A model generated the notes under the pieces. That model had not been told where the DNA came from. It made no database searches and worked only from the letters and a program-made list of their open reading frames with translations. A stretch of DNA of 63,057 bases, counting the filler, from Octopus bimaculoides (Eukaryota), in assembly GCF_001194135.2 (NCBI RefSeq). It is 7 parts of 5 records of this genome, joined end to end, with 100 filler letters (N's around TTAATTAATTAA, not from the genome) between each part and the next. Parts side by side here need not be neighbours in the genome. Positions count along the whole stretch, not along the records: positions 35,994 to 46,214 come from NC_068981.1; positions 46,315 to 59,530 come from NC_068981.1; 5 more parts are not named here. One strand, written 5' to 3'. A program made the translations under genes and the position numbers. Each line of letters begins with the position of its first letter. Positions within the stretch are counted from its first letter, which is position 1. This document shows, piece by piece, positions 36,463-50,016 of this stretch.

Positions 36463-39350
36463 CCGGGCCGAATCCGTACCCACAATCCTGAAATTTTGGA
36501 TTCCCAAGTGTTCATTATTGTGATTGTTTTCGGCGATTTTTTACATGACTTCGTGCAAAGCAATTACTAATGCATTTAAAAATAAAACAATAAAAAGTGT
36601 GTAAACATTTATCGAAATATAATTATTCTAATTATATGGAACTTTAATTAGTATGACATGCCTTGTTTGCACATCTTTCTCGCTATTTTCATTAAAAAGT
36701 TTGAAGTTGATATTAAAACTGTGCTTTTGGCGATGCGAAAGCACCAGTAACATCATCAAAATTTGTATGTTGAGAATCCTTACATTTAATGTTGGGCTTG
36801 CTTTGTTGACACTCTCAAATGTGATGATATCAGTTTCACCTTGTTGAAAGAGCGCTCACGGCTAGCAACTGAAATCGCAACAGTGAGTATCATGTGAATA
36901 GTTACTTTCAAATTTAGAAAAACATTCATATCTTAACTGGCCACATGAACAAACTCCGAGATTGATATGATATCCTCCCAAAATTCTATTTTACATTACT
37001 AAGATTTGTTTTGATTCTCTTTTTTTTTTTTGCATGTGAGACGTTCTTCGAAATGTGAATGTTTGGTTGGCTTCTCAGAAAATGTCTTACAATCCAGAAG
37101 GTCTTCATGGAGCTCTATATCAGCGCTGTAGAAATGTCCATGATTAAGACAACATTCCTTTAAGATATTTTGTATTATGACCGCTACTTACTTTTGAGTT
37201 AAACTAATTAACTAATTCTCTAACATCTAAAAGAATCCAAATTTTGAATTTAAATCATGGAGACGAACAAATATTTCTTCCGTCGGTGATGACCAGTAGT
37301 TTTTTGTTTTTTCTCACCATTTCTTTCTTTTTCTTTTCTCTGTTTTTGTACTTAGGCCGACAACCCTGGATTTTTTACTGAACAATTTTTCACCTTTTTA
37401 TCAAAATATTTTATTCATTACATAACAGCCCAGCTCAAAATAATTCCCTGGTTCGTGATTTTCACCTATTCAAAAAGTAAGTTTAAAATGTCTTTATATC
37501 GCAAATGGCGTCAGAAAAGTTTATGTTGTTAATCTGTATAAGAATGTTAACTCCAAGCAAAACGAAAAAATTAGGAGTCAAAATTTGATCCAGTTCTTGC
37601 CTAGTATCAGCAGTTTGATTCTGATCGTCAACCATACTTTGTAATGGTCCAACTATAATATCAAAGTATTCTTGAACTCGCTACGTAGGCTCTGTTCAGG
37701 TGTTTCTGACTCAGATTTGACAAATGTTTGTATTGTTATTCAGCTTTTATCAACAGTGAGGAAAAGAATTAATAAGCGACTAAATTGTACCGGAAAAAGT
37801 TACCGTTGATGCATTGTTGTTAGCAGCATGCATTCCAATCAAATTGAGAAAATGATAATCACAGTTGACAAGAATAGCTTAATAATTTTTTTTCATTGAT
37901 ACTGTGAATACAACTTTTATGGCCAGCCATAACTGCAGTGTTATGTTTCTAACAGCATTTCGTCTTTTACAAGTTATTTCAAAATGATTACTACCATGTT
38001 TTTAGTAACTTTTTCTTTTAATTTGATGAATTAGTTAAAAAAAGACTCTTTTATGAAGCTTATTTTCTTCTTAAAACCAAAAAGAGCATAACAAATTATT
38101 ATGGTCTTAATATGTTTGATCTGGAGTAAAATGATACGTGACGCTATAATATTTAAACTTATGAATGGTATATAACAATTTATCGAGAACACTAGAAACC
38201 ATTAGTTGAATAAACTTAAAGATTAAAATGGTATTCTTCCATGGTTCTTTCCTACATTATTAAGATGTTCTTTCATGCCAGGATCAAAAATACCAACAAT
38301 ATTAATAATATCCCTACTACCTTTACCTAATATATATNNNNNNNNNNNNNNNNNNNNNNNNNNNNNNNNNNNNNNNNNNNNNNNNNNNNNNNNNNNNNNN
38401 NNNNNNNNNNNNNNNNNNNNNNNNNNNNNNNNNNNNNNNNNNNNNNNNNNNNNNNNNNNNNNNNNNNNNNNNNNNNNNNNNNNNNNNNNNNNNNNNNNNN
38501 NNNNNNNNNNNNNNNNNNNNNNNNNNNNNNNNNNNNNNNNNNNNNNNNNNNNNNNNNNNNNNNNNNNNNNNNNNNNNNNNNNNNNNATATAAATATATAT
38601 ATATATTCCAATATTGATTTCTCTTCCTGTCTATTGGATTTCTTGTGAACACGAAATGCAAGGTTTTGTGCTGACAAAAAAATGCTAAATAGCAGAGAAA
38701 CCTCTAAAGAAGATCTCGCTACTTCTTTTTTTCTTTTTCCGGTGCAATATGAATTTAAAGTTCTATGTCAATGATTCTTTTATTTTCGAAAACATTTCCT
38801 TTGGCTTCTTTCCTTTGGATGAACCAGTAATCGAGGATTTTCTATGGATGTTAAGCTTTTCTACTATTTTTCTATAATTGAATACATTTTCTTCTTCCAA
38901 TGAATGTTGATTAGCATTTCATGGAAATGGCGAGCAACAAAACCAAAATACTTCTTTCCAGAGAATAAACATAAGTGCAATACTTCTCCATATCAATTTC
39001 CCAACACTCTTTTGAACCATCTTTCATTCAAATATCGGTTTTTGTATTGGAACAAATAGCTCTTTACTGTTTATGAAGTTGCGTCACACACAGTGTAACC
39101 CTTTTTATCTGTAGGGCTTCTGATTACATTTATTTGATATCTACATCTTGATGTTCAATAACTACTGATTTAGACTGTGCTATATTTTCCTGTTTCTCGA
39201 TATACATTGTTTTAACCTCTGCTGTCTCTCTGAATTACAATCCCGGTTCTTCCAAGACATTCAATTCTTCTGATAGGTTGATCGTGACAAAAGACTAGAT
39301 TACTCAAGAAATGGCATGATAAAACTAATTTTATTCTAGTTTTTTGTCTT
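36463..39350 (-). mobile_element. Decayed hAT transposon (ZMYM1/DUF4371-like transposase) spanning an N gap
   Basis: Minus pieces NERWFKRVLG, SAQNLAFR, KYYSVTYHFTPDQ, NTAVMAGHKS, HFLNLIGMHAA, and dimerisation motif LTVAISVASRERSFNKVKLI; TIR-like CCGGGCCGAATCC at 36463. Confidence 0.78.
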
Positions 39351-39512
39351 ATTCTTGCACTTTGTTTCTTCCTGCCTTCTCTCTCAGTTACCTTTTCAGT
39401 TTTGGGTTTATGTTCCCTTCATGACCAAATTTTCTAAAGAAAGTTTCACATACACGCATACACACAACCCCATAGACACACGCGTACGCGCACGCGCACA
39501 AATACATACACG

Positions 39513-39570
<58 letters not shown>

Positions 39571-39599
39571 CATATATAGTATTAATTAATGTGGATGAT

Positions 39600-39899
39600 G
39601 GACTCCCCCGTCGAAGAAGATGTATGTCCGTTCAGCTTTGGCCGAACGACCTGCACAAATGAGTTGTTTGTAGTGATCAAACGCTTGTGCCGCGCTCTAA
39701 CTCACTCATTCCATCAAATCGACGTTGTTTGAGTAGGTTCACTGTGTACCATGCGTCAGGTGTTGAAGTGATCGCAAAACAACGTGAGCTGAAGTGTCTT
39801 GCTCAAGAGCACAACACACCACCCAGACTAGGAATTGAAATCACGATCGCTAGATCTATAGTGCACACCCTAACCACTAAGCCATGCGTCTTCAACAAG

Positions 39900-39900
<1 letters not shown>
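39600..39900 (-). mobile_element. tRNA-derived SINE (family C-like)
   Basis: GAAGTGTCTTGCTCAAGAGCACAAC..GGAATTGAAATC..CCCTAACCACTAAGCC. Confidence 0.8.
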
Positions 39901-39996
<96 letters not shown>

Positions 39997-40391
39997 CTCG
40001 TATATTTTTATGTATACGTATATAAGGAGTAAATATTCAGAAGTGAATATTTATATAGATATCATTATTGTTATTATTATCTGCGATAAATATAAATAGT
40101 TGACAAAAACAACAACAAATATAGGTGGTTGCCGGACTTAGATAACATTAGATAGCTATAGAATTAAAAATTTGATTTCCAAAATATTTAGCATTGAGCT
40201 GTATTTGGTGTATCAAATTATTTAACCCGTTCGCCCGCTTACTGTTGTTTTTCTGTTGAATTTAGTGTTATTGGTGGTTTAAATGAGGGTTTTAACTCTT
40301 CTTTCTAACAGGTAGGCTCCTTGCATGCCCTTATGATGACTATATATATATGTATAAAATCAAAATAAGCAACAAGGATATCCAGAGGTAA

Positions 40392-40477
40392 TGCAGTACG
40401 GTCGTTTCACGCAACTCCATTTAATTGAACAATGCAACTATTACATCAATTTAAATGCAGAGCAATACTCAGCTGCA
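40392..40477 (-). ncRNA. Second copy of the extended-stem-II hammerhead family (core mutated)
   Basis: UGCAG-CUGAGUA-UUGCU..long hairpin..-GAAA-C-GACC-GUA-CUGCA; same stem I and GUA site as 26633; G8 position is U. Confidence 0.65.
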
Positions 40478-41405
40478 CAAAGACATAGAATTCTTGTCTT
40501 TGACCATACCCAAATACAATAATATATATATATATATATATATANNNNNNNNNNNNNNNNNNNNNNNNNNNNNNNNNNNNNNNNNNNNNNNNNNNNNNNN
40601 NNNNNNNNNNNNNNNNNNNNNNNNNNNNNNNNNNNNNNNNNNNNNNNNNNNNNNNNNNNNNNNNNNNNNNNNNNNNNNNNNNNNNNNNNNNNNNNNNNNN
40701 NNNNNNNNNNNNNNNNNNNNNNNNNNNNNNNNNNNNNNNNNNNNNNNNNNNNNNNNNNNNNNNNNNNNNNNNNNNNNNNNNNNNNNNNNNNNNNNNNNNN
40801 NNNNNNNNNNNNNNNNNNNNNNNNNNNNNNNNNNNNNNNNNNNNNNNNNNNNNNNNNNNNNNNNNNNNNNNNNNNNNNNNNNNNNNNNNNNNNNNNNNNN
40901 NNNNNNNNNNNNNNNNNNNNNNNNNNNNNNNNNNNNNNNNNNNNNNNNNNNNNNNNNNNNNNNNNNNNNNNNNNNNNNNNNNNNNNNNNNNNNNNNNNNN
41001 NNNNNNNNNNNNNNNNNNNNNNNNNNNNNNNNNNNNNNNNNNNNNNNNNNNNNNNNNNNNNNNNNNNNNNNNNNNNNNNNNNNNNNNNNNNNNNNNNNNN
41101 NNNNNNNNNNNNNNNNNNNNNNNNNNNNNNNNNNNNNNNNNNNNNNNNNNNNNNNNNNNNNNNNNNNNNNNNNNNNNNNNNNNNNNNNNNNNNNNNNNNN
41201 NNNNNNNNNNNNNNNNNNNNNNNNNNNNNNNNNNNNNNNNNNNNNNNNNNNNNNNNNNNNNNNNNNNNNNNNNNNNNNNNNNNNNNNNNNNNNNNNNNNN
41301 NNNNNNNNNNNNNNNNNNNNNNNNNNNNNNNNNNNNNNNNNNNNNNNNNNNNNNNNNNNNNNNNNNNNNNNNNNNNNNNNNNNNNNNNNNNNNNNNNNNN
41401 NNNNN

Positions 41406-41478
<73 letters not shown>

Positions 41479-43084
41479 ATGTATGTATGATTACAAAAGA
41501 GCTACTAATAGTTTCATGCTTTAAGATTCAGTAAATAGCAGATTCATATTATTTGCCACGTCTCTCCAAGCAGTCTTTCATGCTCAGGTCATAACGTTAG
41601 AAATATTCAAAAAACCAGGACTCTGGTCTATAAGAACACATGAGAAAAGAATACAAAGAAGGTTGAAGCGAAAGGTAGAACGAGAAGAAAGAAAGAAAAT
41701 AAGAAAACCTTCGTCTTCTTTGATTGTAGAAACCATAATTAATCTAACTGGTACAAATTAATATAACAGAAAGGAAGCCACAATCTGTGAGATGGCTACT
41801 CAATCTGGAGTGGGTGATGCCCTCCGGTTCGACAAAAGAAACCCGTTCATGTCGTTGCATTCGCTAAAAATTTCAGATCTAGAATTAAGTCGTGTGGTGG
41901 AATTCTTGAACCTAAAAAGAATGTGTGATCTTTAAGCTACGTATAACTTGCTTCTGTTTTATCCATAGTGTATGTGGTGAGTACTTGGTCTTCAGATCCC
42001 ATACACGAAAGCCTTCTTTTTATCAGTGTCGGAAAGAAGACGCGTAGTTTGCATAACGGCTTTTAAAATTGCCTTTGCAAAAATCGATGTAGTTCGTCTT
42101 CTCAGTTACGTTGTCTGTAACTTCGGCTTCATGCACAACTGCGTTTCTCAAACACGTCTGATCAAGTGGGTAAGCTTCAGGGTTTCAGAAATTACAACTT
42201 GGAGTGAGGTTTTAGTATGACTTACGAGTAATAATGCCCTTCGTATGACAGGTGGTTAAATAAACATATTCACTTCTCATAACTCCTGACGTTTTTATGG
42301 TTTATATAGGGGGAATTGCGTAAGTGGGCCAAAATGAGTAATTTCTGATTTTTAATATTTTCTTCTTGTTTATTTGAAACCGTTATATTGCAAGAATTGC
42401 ATCTTCATTTTGCACTGTTACATCATATTCGGGAGTAAAAATTGCTCAGCATAGTTGTTGAATTTCAGAGAGTTTGAGGTATAGTCCGCTGACAGCTATT
42501 TTGATTTCAAGACATTTTTCCTCAAATTTAACCCGGTTGTAATTGAGGTTTCTATTAAAATATCTGGATAATTTTTGATGTTTAACAATCGAAATTCTTT
42601 TCTCTGTTGGATTCCAAGTCAAATTTTTCCCTACTCTAATGTCTAATTTGTTAATTTTCAATTTTTAAATAATAATGTCTAAAGTAGAGCTGAATGAGTG
42701 ATGACTAATTTTCAATAATTTCTCTTTAACATCATGGTGAGTAAATATATTAGGAAAAGACCACTCTAATCACTAAGCCACGCACCATCACCATACATAT
42801 ACATAGATATACACACACACATACATGCATATATATTTACTTACATACATGCATACATGCATACACATACACATGCATACATACATACGTACACTTTATA
42901 TATGTATAACCCAAGACTGTGAACTCGTTTGTCTTATAAGTGATTAAATATCTTGAGTTTCGGACTTCTTTTATTGAGTTCTGTTTTCTAAGTGTCCTGA
43001 TAACGTTCCTTAAACACTGTCAGCCATCCATGCATGCATGCAGGCATCCATCCGTCTATACATTCACACGTACATACATATGTA

Positions 43085-43225
43085 ACATACTACCTAAATA
43101 CCAATCTTCAGGAATTAGGCTTTTCAAACCCAGAAAGGAGAAAGCTGATTCGAATACTACAGATCCAATTCATCACCGGAACTGTAAAAATCTGTAAAAC
43201 TTTCCAGAAATTTATCATTTAATTA
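43085..43225 (+). mobile_element. R4/NeSL-like LINE extreme 3' fragment
   Basis: LNTNLQELGFSNPE..ITGTVKICKTFQKFII*, same family as 21421-21890. Confidence 0.8.
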
Positions 43226-43299
43226 TATATGAGCATGTCTAGATATGCAAGTATATTTATGAGAAGACATACATAAAACAAAACATACAAATTTGCACG

Positions 43300-43331
<32 letters not shown>

Positions 43332-43897
43332 CATACATACATACATGCATGCATACATACATACCCTGTTGTTGATGTTGAAATTCCAATGAAGGAACCT
43401 TGGATCTACGTTTGAAACCGGCTCTTTTTTTATTGGCAAGAAATCTTGAAATAAAACTAGATAATGGCATGCATATAATCGGCAGTACACGATCTCACTT
43501 GTGTGAATTAATATAAATAAATATAACCTCGTGAATGACCAATATTTTGGGTTAATTGCTTTAAGAGCTTGTTTAGAATCTTTAGTAGGTCCAGTAATGT
43601 TATTCATTTACTTTTTTTTTCCTTCATAATTCTTATATCCAAGCTACCAAGAAGTTCTTACAAGCTGAACTTCACAGCACATCGCAAAAATAGTAAATAA
43701 ATAAAGAAATACGAACATATCGATTCTAAAATATACTTTTGATTTTACGTCTTTCTTTCGGAAAACAGTTTTTGCAAAATGTTTATGACTTCCCGAGGTA
43801 ACATATTTTCGTTACCGATAACATATTTGCAAATATCGTTTGCAATGCTTTGAGGAATATACAATATTCTAATTTGTTTTCTGCCTGAAGCTAAAAA

Positions 43898-44130
43898 TCT
43901 TAATATATAAATTAACCTTGTCAGTGTGTGTGTGTTCTCATTGCACGCTCAAACCTCTGGATCAATCTGTACTATACTTGGGGTACATGAATAATTTGAC
44001 ATTGGAAAGAATAATACGGTCTTGATTGATTTTTTAAATTAAAAATAAATAATATTGCTCTCTATATAAAGACTCACTTCTTCAAATCGTTTTTTTCAAA
44101 ATCCTGTGTTTGAACTTCCTGTCTTCGGCA
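43898..44130 (+). mobile_element. Possible non-autonomous Helitron-like 5' end
   Basis: A|TCTTAATATATAA start followed by (GT)n, resembling the 5' end at 59526; 3' end not found. Confidence 0.4.
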
Positions 44131-44699
44131 TCCTAACCAGCTATTTACATACACACGTATGTATACATCATTACAGTTGTGACGATTTCTGATTTAAAAA
44201 TGGTTTTCTAAAGGTACTTTCATGTCAGAAAAAAAATTTCATACGTAGATAGACGTCTTTTTCTCAATTAGTTAAATGAGGTACTGTATATTGTACATTG
44301 ATTTTCCAATACATATTTCGGACATCTTTGGAACAAGTCGCCTTATTAAGACTTGATAGTTCATATTTAAATCTCGTGATTATTCTTGGCGCAAATCGAC
44401 ATTTTAACACTTTCACTTAACTGTTTTGTTAATGTCAACATTAGTAACTAAGTAACCAGCTATTTACACACACACACGCGCGCATGTTTACATCATTACA
44501 GTTGTGACGATTTAAGATAAAAAAAGAATTTCTAGAGTTACTTACATTTTTTTATATTCTCTTATTTGTGTAAGATATACACCTATGTGAATGTGTGTGT
44601 GAGACAGAAAAAAAAATCTTTATACGGAGATTTCATTTAATTGATCAATTGTCAACAGGGCATAACTACAGATTTCTGCATCACCCTCCTACTTTGGAT

Positions 44700-44960
44700 G
44701 ATCATAACTTTCAGAAAAATGGATATTTTTTAATGAAATTTTCTACGAATTTGTGTTATATCATGTAGATTCCGAATATACAAAAATTGTTTTGGTGGAG
44801 GGTGTTTTAGGAGGGTGGAGATAATTTTCGGAAAATTCACCGGAGTTCACTTCAATTCGCTTAACTTTCAGGAAAATGGATATTTATTAATGAAATTGAC
44901 TACAAATATACCTCGGACTATGTAGATTCCGAACATATACGAATTTTTGGAGGAAACAAT
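44700..44960. repeat. Imperfect direct repeat (about 158-bp period)
   Basis: AACTTTCAG.AAAATGGATATTT.TTAATGAAATT..TGTAGATTCCGAA occurs at about 44706 and 44864. Confidence 0.75.
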
Positions 44961-45395
44961 TGAGGGTTATTTTTGAGAACTGTTCCTCACTCAAGAGTGT
45001 TTCGGAACAATTCGTCCATATTTGTTACATTTTCTCTGTTTTGTACGTTTGTGCATCCGTAGATTTCTACTGAAGCAACAGGCAATGAAGGCAAATAAAG
45101 CCTTCGCCAGAAAACTCATGCTAAAAATAACAGTTAAATGTCTGGTACACAGATATACGTTATCAAGACGACTTATCTGTTGCATACGATATTTTTTTCA
45201 CATGAAGTAAATTCCCAGGTAAACGGTTCTAACAGAAAGGCAGAAGACACCAGAAGCAAAAATAAGGAATATACACGCACAATTAAATATAGAAGTGTAA
45301 AGTATAATTTGCACATATATAGAATGACATTACGTGTATATGTATGTATATATGTATGTATGTATGTATGTATGTGTATGTATGTATGTATATAT

Positions 45396-45429
<34 letters not shown>

Positions 45430-45669
45430 NNNNNNNNNNNNNNNNNNNNNNNNNNNNNNNNNNNNNNNNNNNNNNNNNNNNNNNNNNNNNNNNNNNNNNN
45501 NNNNNNNNNNNNNNNNNNNNNNNNNNNNNNNNNNNNNNNNNNNNNNNNNNNNNNNNNNNNNNNNNNNNNNNNNNNNNNNNNNNNGAATGTACGAAAAAAA
45601 CAACAGACGAGGACAGGTGGTGTAAACAACAAAAGGATGTATTAGTTTGACGCTCGGGAATACAGAAAG

Positions 45670-45706
45670 TCTTTAACGTTTCGAGCTACGCTCTTCAACA
45701 GAGAGA
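45670..45706 (-). ncRNA. Hammerhead-like motif, variant core
   Basis: UCUCU-CUGUUGA-A-GAGC(GUA)GCUC-GAAA-C-GUU-AAAGA; A6 position is U, stem I imperfect. Confidence 0.45.
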
Positions 45707-45756
45707 ATACGGAGAAAACAAGGAGAAAAACAATTGAATGGTGTTTGGTCAACGAT

Positions 45757-45804
<48 letters not shown>

Positions 45805-46374
45805 CAGATAGATAGATAGATGTTTATGTATATATAAATGTATATCAATAATAATAGTGGTTGTTTCTTATTAGGAACAAGAGGGTTAATAGGACTGCAA
45901 GAGAAGTGCTCAAGTAAATGAGATGAGTATAACAAACAATTAATTTTTTTCTAATATTTTTCATACGCGATAGATTGTACTCACTTTTTTCCTATATGCC
46001 TGTCTAAATGAAGTAATGTTTCATCTTCTGTTTTATCTTCCGTATTCTATGTATAGAAAAAAACATTGTTTCTTTATATGTGATTAAATGTTCGAGATGT
46101 GATATATTACTTGGATGACCTTGAATTTGTTATTTGTTCTACAACCATAGTTTTATATATATATATGTATATATGTGTATATAAATGTGCGTATATATAT
46201 ATATATATATATACNNNNNNNNNNNNNNNNNNNNNNNNNNNNNNNNNNNNNNNNNNNNTTAATTAATTAANNNNNNNNNNNNNNNNNNNNNNNNNNNNNN
46301 NNNNNNNNNNNNNNATATATATATATATATATACATACATATATATATGCATGTATATGCATATGAATTCTTTT

Positions 46375-46515
46375 TTGTTTTATTTTGTTTTACGTGTTTC
46401 GGTCATTTGACTGCGGCCATGCTGGAGCACCGCCTTTAGTCCAGCGAATCGACGCAAGGACTTATTTTTTGTAAGCCTAGTACTTATTCTATCGGTTACT
46501 TTTTCTGAACCGCTG
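46375..46515 (-). mobile_element. SINE family B, 3' part
   Basis: GTCATTTGACTGCGGCCATGCTGGAGCACCGCC..AAGCCTAGTACTTATTCTATCGG. Confidence 0.8.
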
Positions 46516-46878
46516 CGTAGTGCGTCTGTTTCCTGAGATAGCTACTCTTTTGTGCATTTTCTCTTTAAATATCGGTTACTATGGGGGGTCCATAATTATT
46601 GCTCATCCGCACCTCCGCTTATTAATTTTTTAGATTTTTTCAAAATCCTCCGCTTTTATTCCAACCCCACCTCGCTTGTTAATTTTTAAGATTTTTTGTA
46701 TATGCACATGTACAACATATGGAGTTTTTTTTCTTAACAGTTGATCTAAACGATTATGTACGCTAGGTATGTGCTGTAACGGATTACTGGGGCTCCAAAG
46801 TTATGGCCGAGGTGGTAGTTATGGAGCCAATGCAGATTTCCGATGTTTAAGAATTATATATATATCTATATATGCACT

Positions 46879-46911
<33 letters not shown>

Positions 46912-47036
46912 NNNNNNNNNNNNNNNNNNNNNNNNNNNNNNNNNNNNNNNNNNNNNNNNNNNNNNNNNNNNNNNNNNNNNNNNNNNNNNNNNNNNNNNNN
47001 NNNNNNNNNNNNNNNNNNNNNNNNNNNNNNNNNNNN

Positions 47037-47079
<43 letters not shown>

Positions 47080-47240
47080 ATACATATATGTATGTATATG
47101 TATATATGTATATGTATACATACATACATATATACATACATACAAACATGTTACGACGAGTAAATTACCGCCATTGCTGCTTATGTTTTTAATTTCACGC
47201 ATGCACATGATCTGTTTTTGATCTTAACGACTACGCAGTA

Positions 47241-48014
47241 TAGGGCGCCGTATATGAGGAAAAGACTACTATGACGCAATTCACTTTGTCAGAAATAGGG
47301 AAACGACATACTGTACTGTTTAGCATTTGCGTCGGAATCTCCAATGCGGACAGATAGTGAACAGGCAGAACAACAGTTGACATGCCTTGTCCCCAAAGCA
47401 TGTACCGAGTCTGATAAATATCAAACTTGCTATCAATATCATTGTTTGGAGGTGTCACCAATGATGGCGATTTTATGCCTGCATTCACACGGCCTCACAC
47501 TCAACACGGGGCCTACCTCAAGTGCCTGGAGGAGGTTGTGTTGCCCTGTGTCAAGAGGGTGGCTGCTGGAAATCCCTATGTCTGTCAACAGTCCTCTGCA
47601 GCATGCCACAGGCAGGAAAACCCAATCATGGCTATCAGACAATTTCTGCAACCACATCACCCCTAACATCTGGCCACCTAACTCCCCAGACTGTAACCCC
47701 TTGATTATTATGTGTGGCGTACATTTAAGCAAGAGACCAACAAAACTCTTTGTAACACGAAAGATGAACTGAAGGCAAGGATTATAGCAGTATTCACCAA
47801 CTTAAATGAGGAGACCACCCAGAAGAGTTGCAGGAGAGTCTGAAGACGTCTGGAGGCCTTACTTGAAGCCAATGGTGACTTTATTGAATAAATTTACTGT
47901 TTTGTATATCAAGATATTTTTATGTAATTTTGGTAAATATATCTGGTAATATTAGATGTCAGTGTCATTTTCATTTTTGCGTAATTTAGGCGACAACATA
48001 TTGACCACACCCTG
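47241..48014 (+). mobile_element. Internally deleted maT (DD37D) Tc1/mariner element
   Basis: TA|TAGGGCG left end and CACCCTG|TA right end; MTQFTLSEIGKRH N-terminus fused at about 47350 to the catalytic C-terminus (WPPNSPDCNPL, RLEALLEANGDFIE*). Confidence 0.85.
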
Positions 48015-49980
48015 TATATATATATATATATGTAACGTGAAAGTTAATTCTATCTAAACACCTGTTTATACAAATTATTGTTTACACATAGAAGTGCCGA
48101 ATTTCTGTAGACATTTATATGACCATTTTGCTTTATTGAGCTTCGACGTTGCATTTTTTTAAATATTATTATCCTGACGGCTACATATATTAATTATTGG
48201 CTCTGGTGCATCAGTGTTTAGTAAGAGAGAATTACATTTCTACGTCTGTTACTGAATTTAAAACTTTACCTCATCGATTGTTAGTTGTTTAAGGAATGTC
48301 AGTGTTATTTTACTTTACTCTAAGTTGAATGCGAAACTAGAAATTAGTGATCGTTTCAAACTTGAGCTTTAACGTATGCAATAAGGTTCATGCTCATAGC
48401 GTTCCGTTCACTTATTGAAAGAAGATAGTATAAACTTAGCGATAAGTAATGTGATTAATATTTGTTTTGTGTCTTCGTTGATCAGTGATGCAAATAAGTA
48501 CTATTACTGAATATTTCCTATGAAGGTTTAACCTTGAAGTAAAGAATGTGACAAATTTCTTATTGTATTCTATAAATTGAATGGGCATATTAGGAATTCT
48601 ACGAGGAAGTGATATAGCTGGCGAGAAAATATATAACTGCATAATATTGTAAAACGTCACTTCGTACATAGGATACAAACAATGCTAAAATACTCTAATT
48701 AGTGAAAATAATTCGAACCTTGCGATGCATTCTTGTAGAAGGCTAACTCATTATTTCCCGAAGAATCCTTCGGAAAGATATTTCCTATTGAAAGATTTTA
48801 ATGCAGTATTATTTTCCAATGAGGAAATATTTGTTTCTAATATCGGCACAAAAATCTTTCAATACAGACATTTACAACACTCCAGCTTTTAAATGCTATT
48901 TTATTTTATCCATTCCAGTGAGATGAAGTGTAAAGCTGACCTCGGTGGGTTTCAAATCAGAGTTTAAAAGAGCCATAAGAAGTACCGTAACACATTTCTT
49001 TTCTAATGCTCTTGAGTGTTATTGAAACCCTTGCCAAATGAAGCAATTGAGCCCGTCAGTATAAGTTTGAGAATTGCAGTAGTTAATGCATCTATTAGAG
49101 ACTTCCCTGGACCCAATAAAAACCTAAGTATATATGCAAATAGTCTTGCAATTACCCAATTGTCTATAGAAAAATTATAGTATTAGTAATATGATTTCCA
49201 ACCTGCCTCCGCTCGAGAAATGTTTGATAAGGCACCCCCTTCCCAAAAGTTCTTGTGTAATTGCGCACTGACCGATAGTGACTTTGAAAAGATGACAACA
49301 TACACACCGACCCAACCAAGCATAAAAATATACCTCTGAAAATTATATAATCTGCTTGTACTTTCTCCTAGTATGTTATGACTAACGTAGAACTGCAACG
49401 CTAGGAATTCAAACACTTGCCACTAGACAAGGCATGCTTAATTAGTTTAGCTGTATACTAATCTGGGATGAATTCTGCTCTGCCAAATTAAAGAACCATA
49501 AGACGAAATACAGTCCATATTGTTTCAAAGATTTGAAAAAGCGATACACCAACCACTACACTTCTTTCCACCGCCTTGATAAGAACAAGAAAGCGCAAAT
49601 CTTGCAATCCACAATTGCGACCCGAAGGGAAGTTATATGCCACTCAATATCTAGTGGAACAACAAAGCGAGATATAGGTCATTCATTAACGGGTTTAAAA
49701 ATGAGCAAACTTTATGTGGGTGTACACAGGTACATATTAGATCGTAGACTCGTAGACCTAAGATGACAGCATCTCCACAGGTTTCTGTTATCTAATCGAA
49801 AGGGGTGTCTCCTCACTAGATTAGATACACAACACCATTCCATTATCCCAACGACGCATAATTATTTTAGATATAAATATTCGTCATTAAACTATTCTTC
49901 ATTGAACCGGTTAAAGTGACACAACACATATATATGTATATATGCGCGCGCGCGTGTGAGTGTGTGTGTTTGAGTATATC

Positions 49981-50016
<36 letters not shown>

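Noticed and set aside
40298-40318. TCTTCTTTCTAACAG|GTAGGC as a recursive splice site
   Set aside because: Donor half is only moderate and no plus-strand host gene is established
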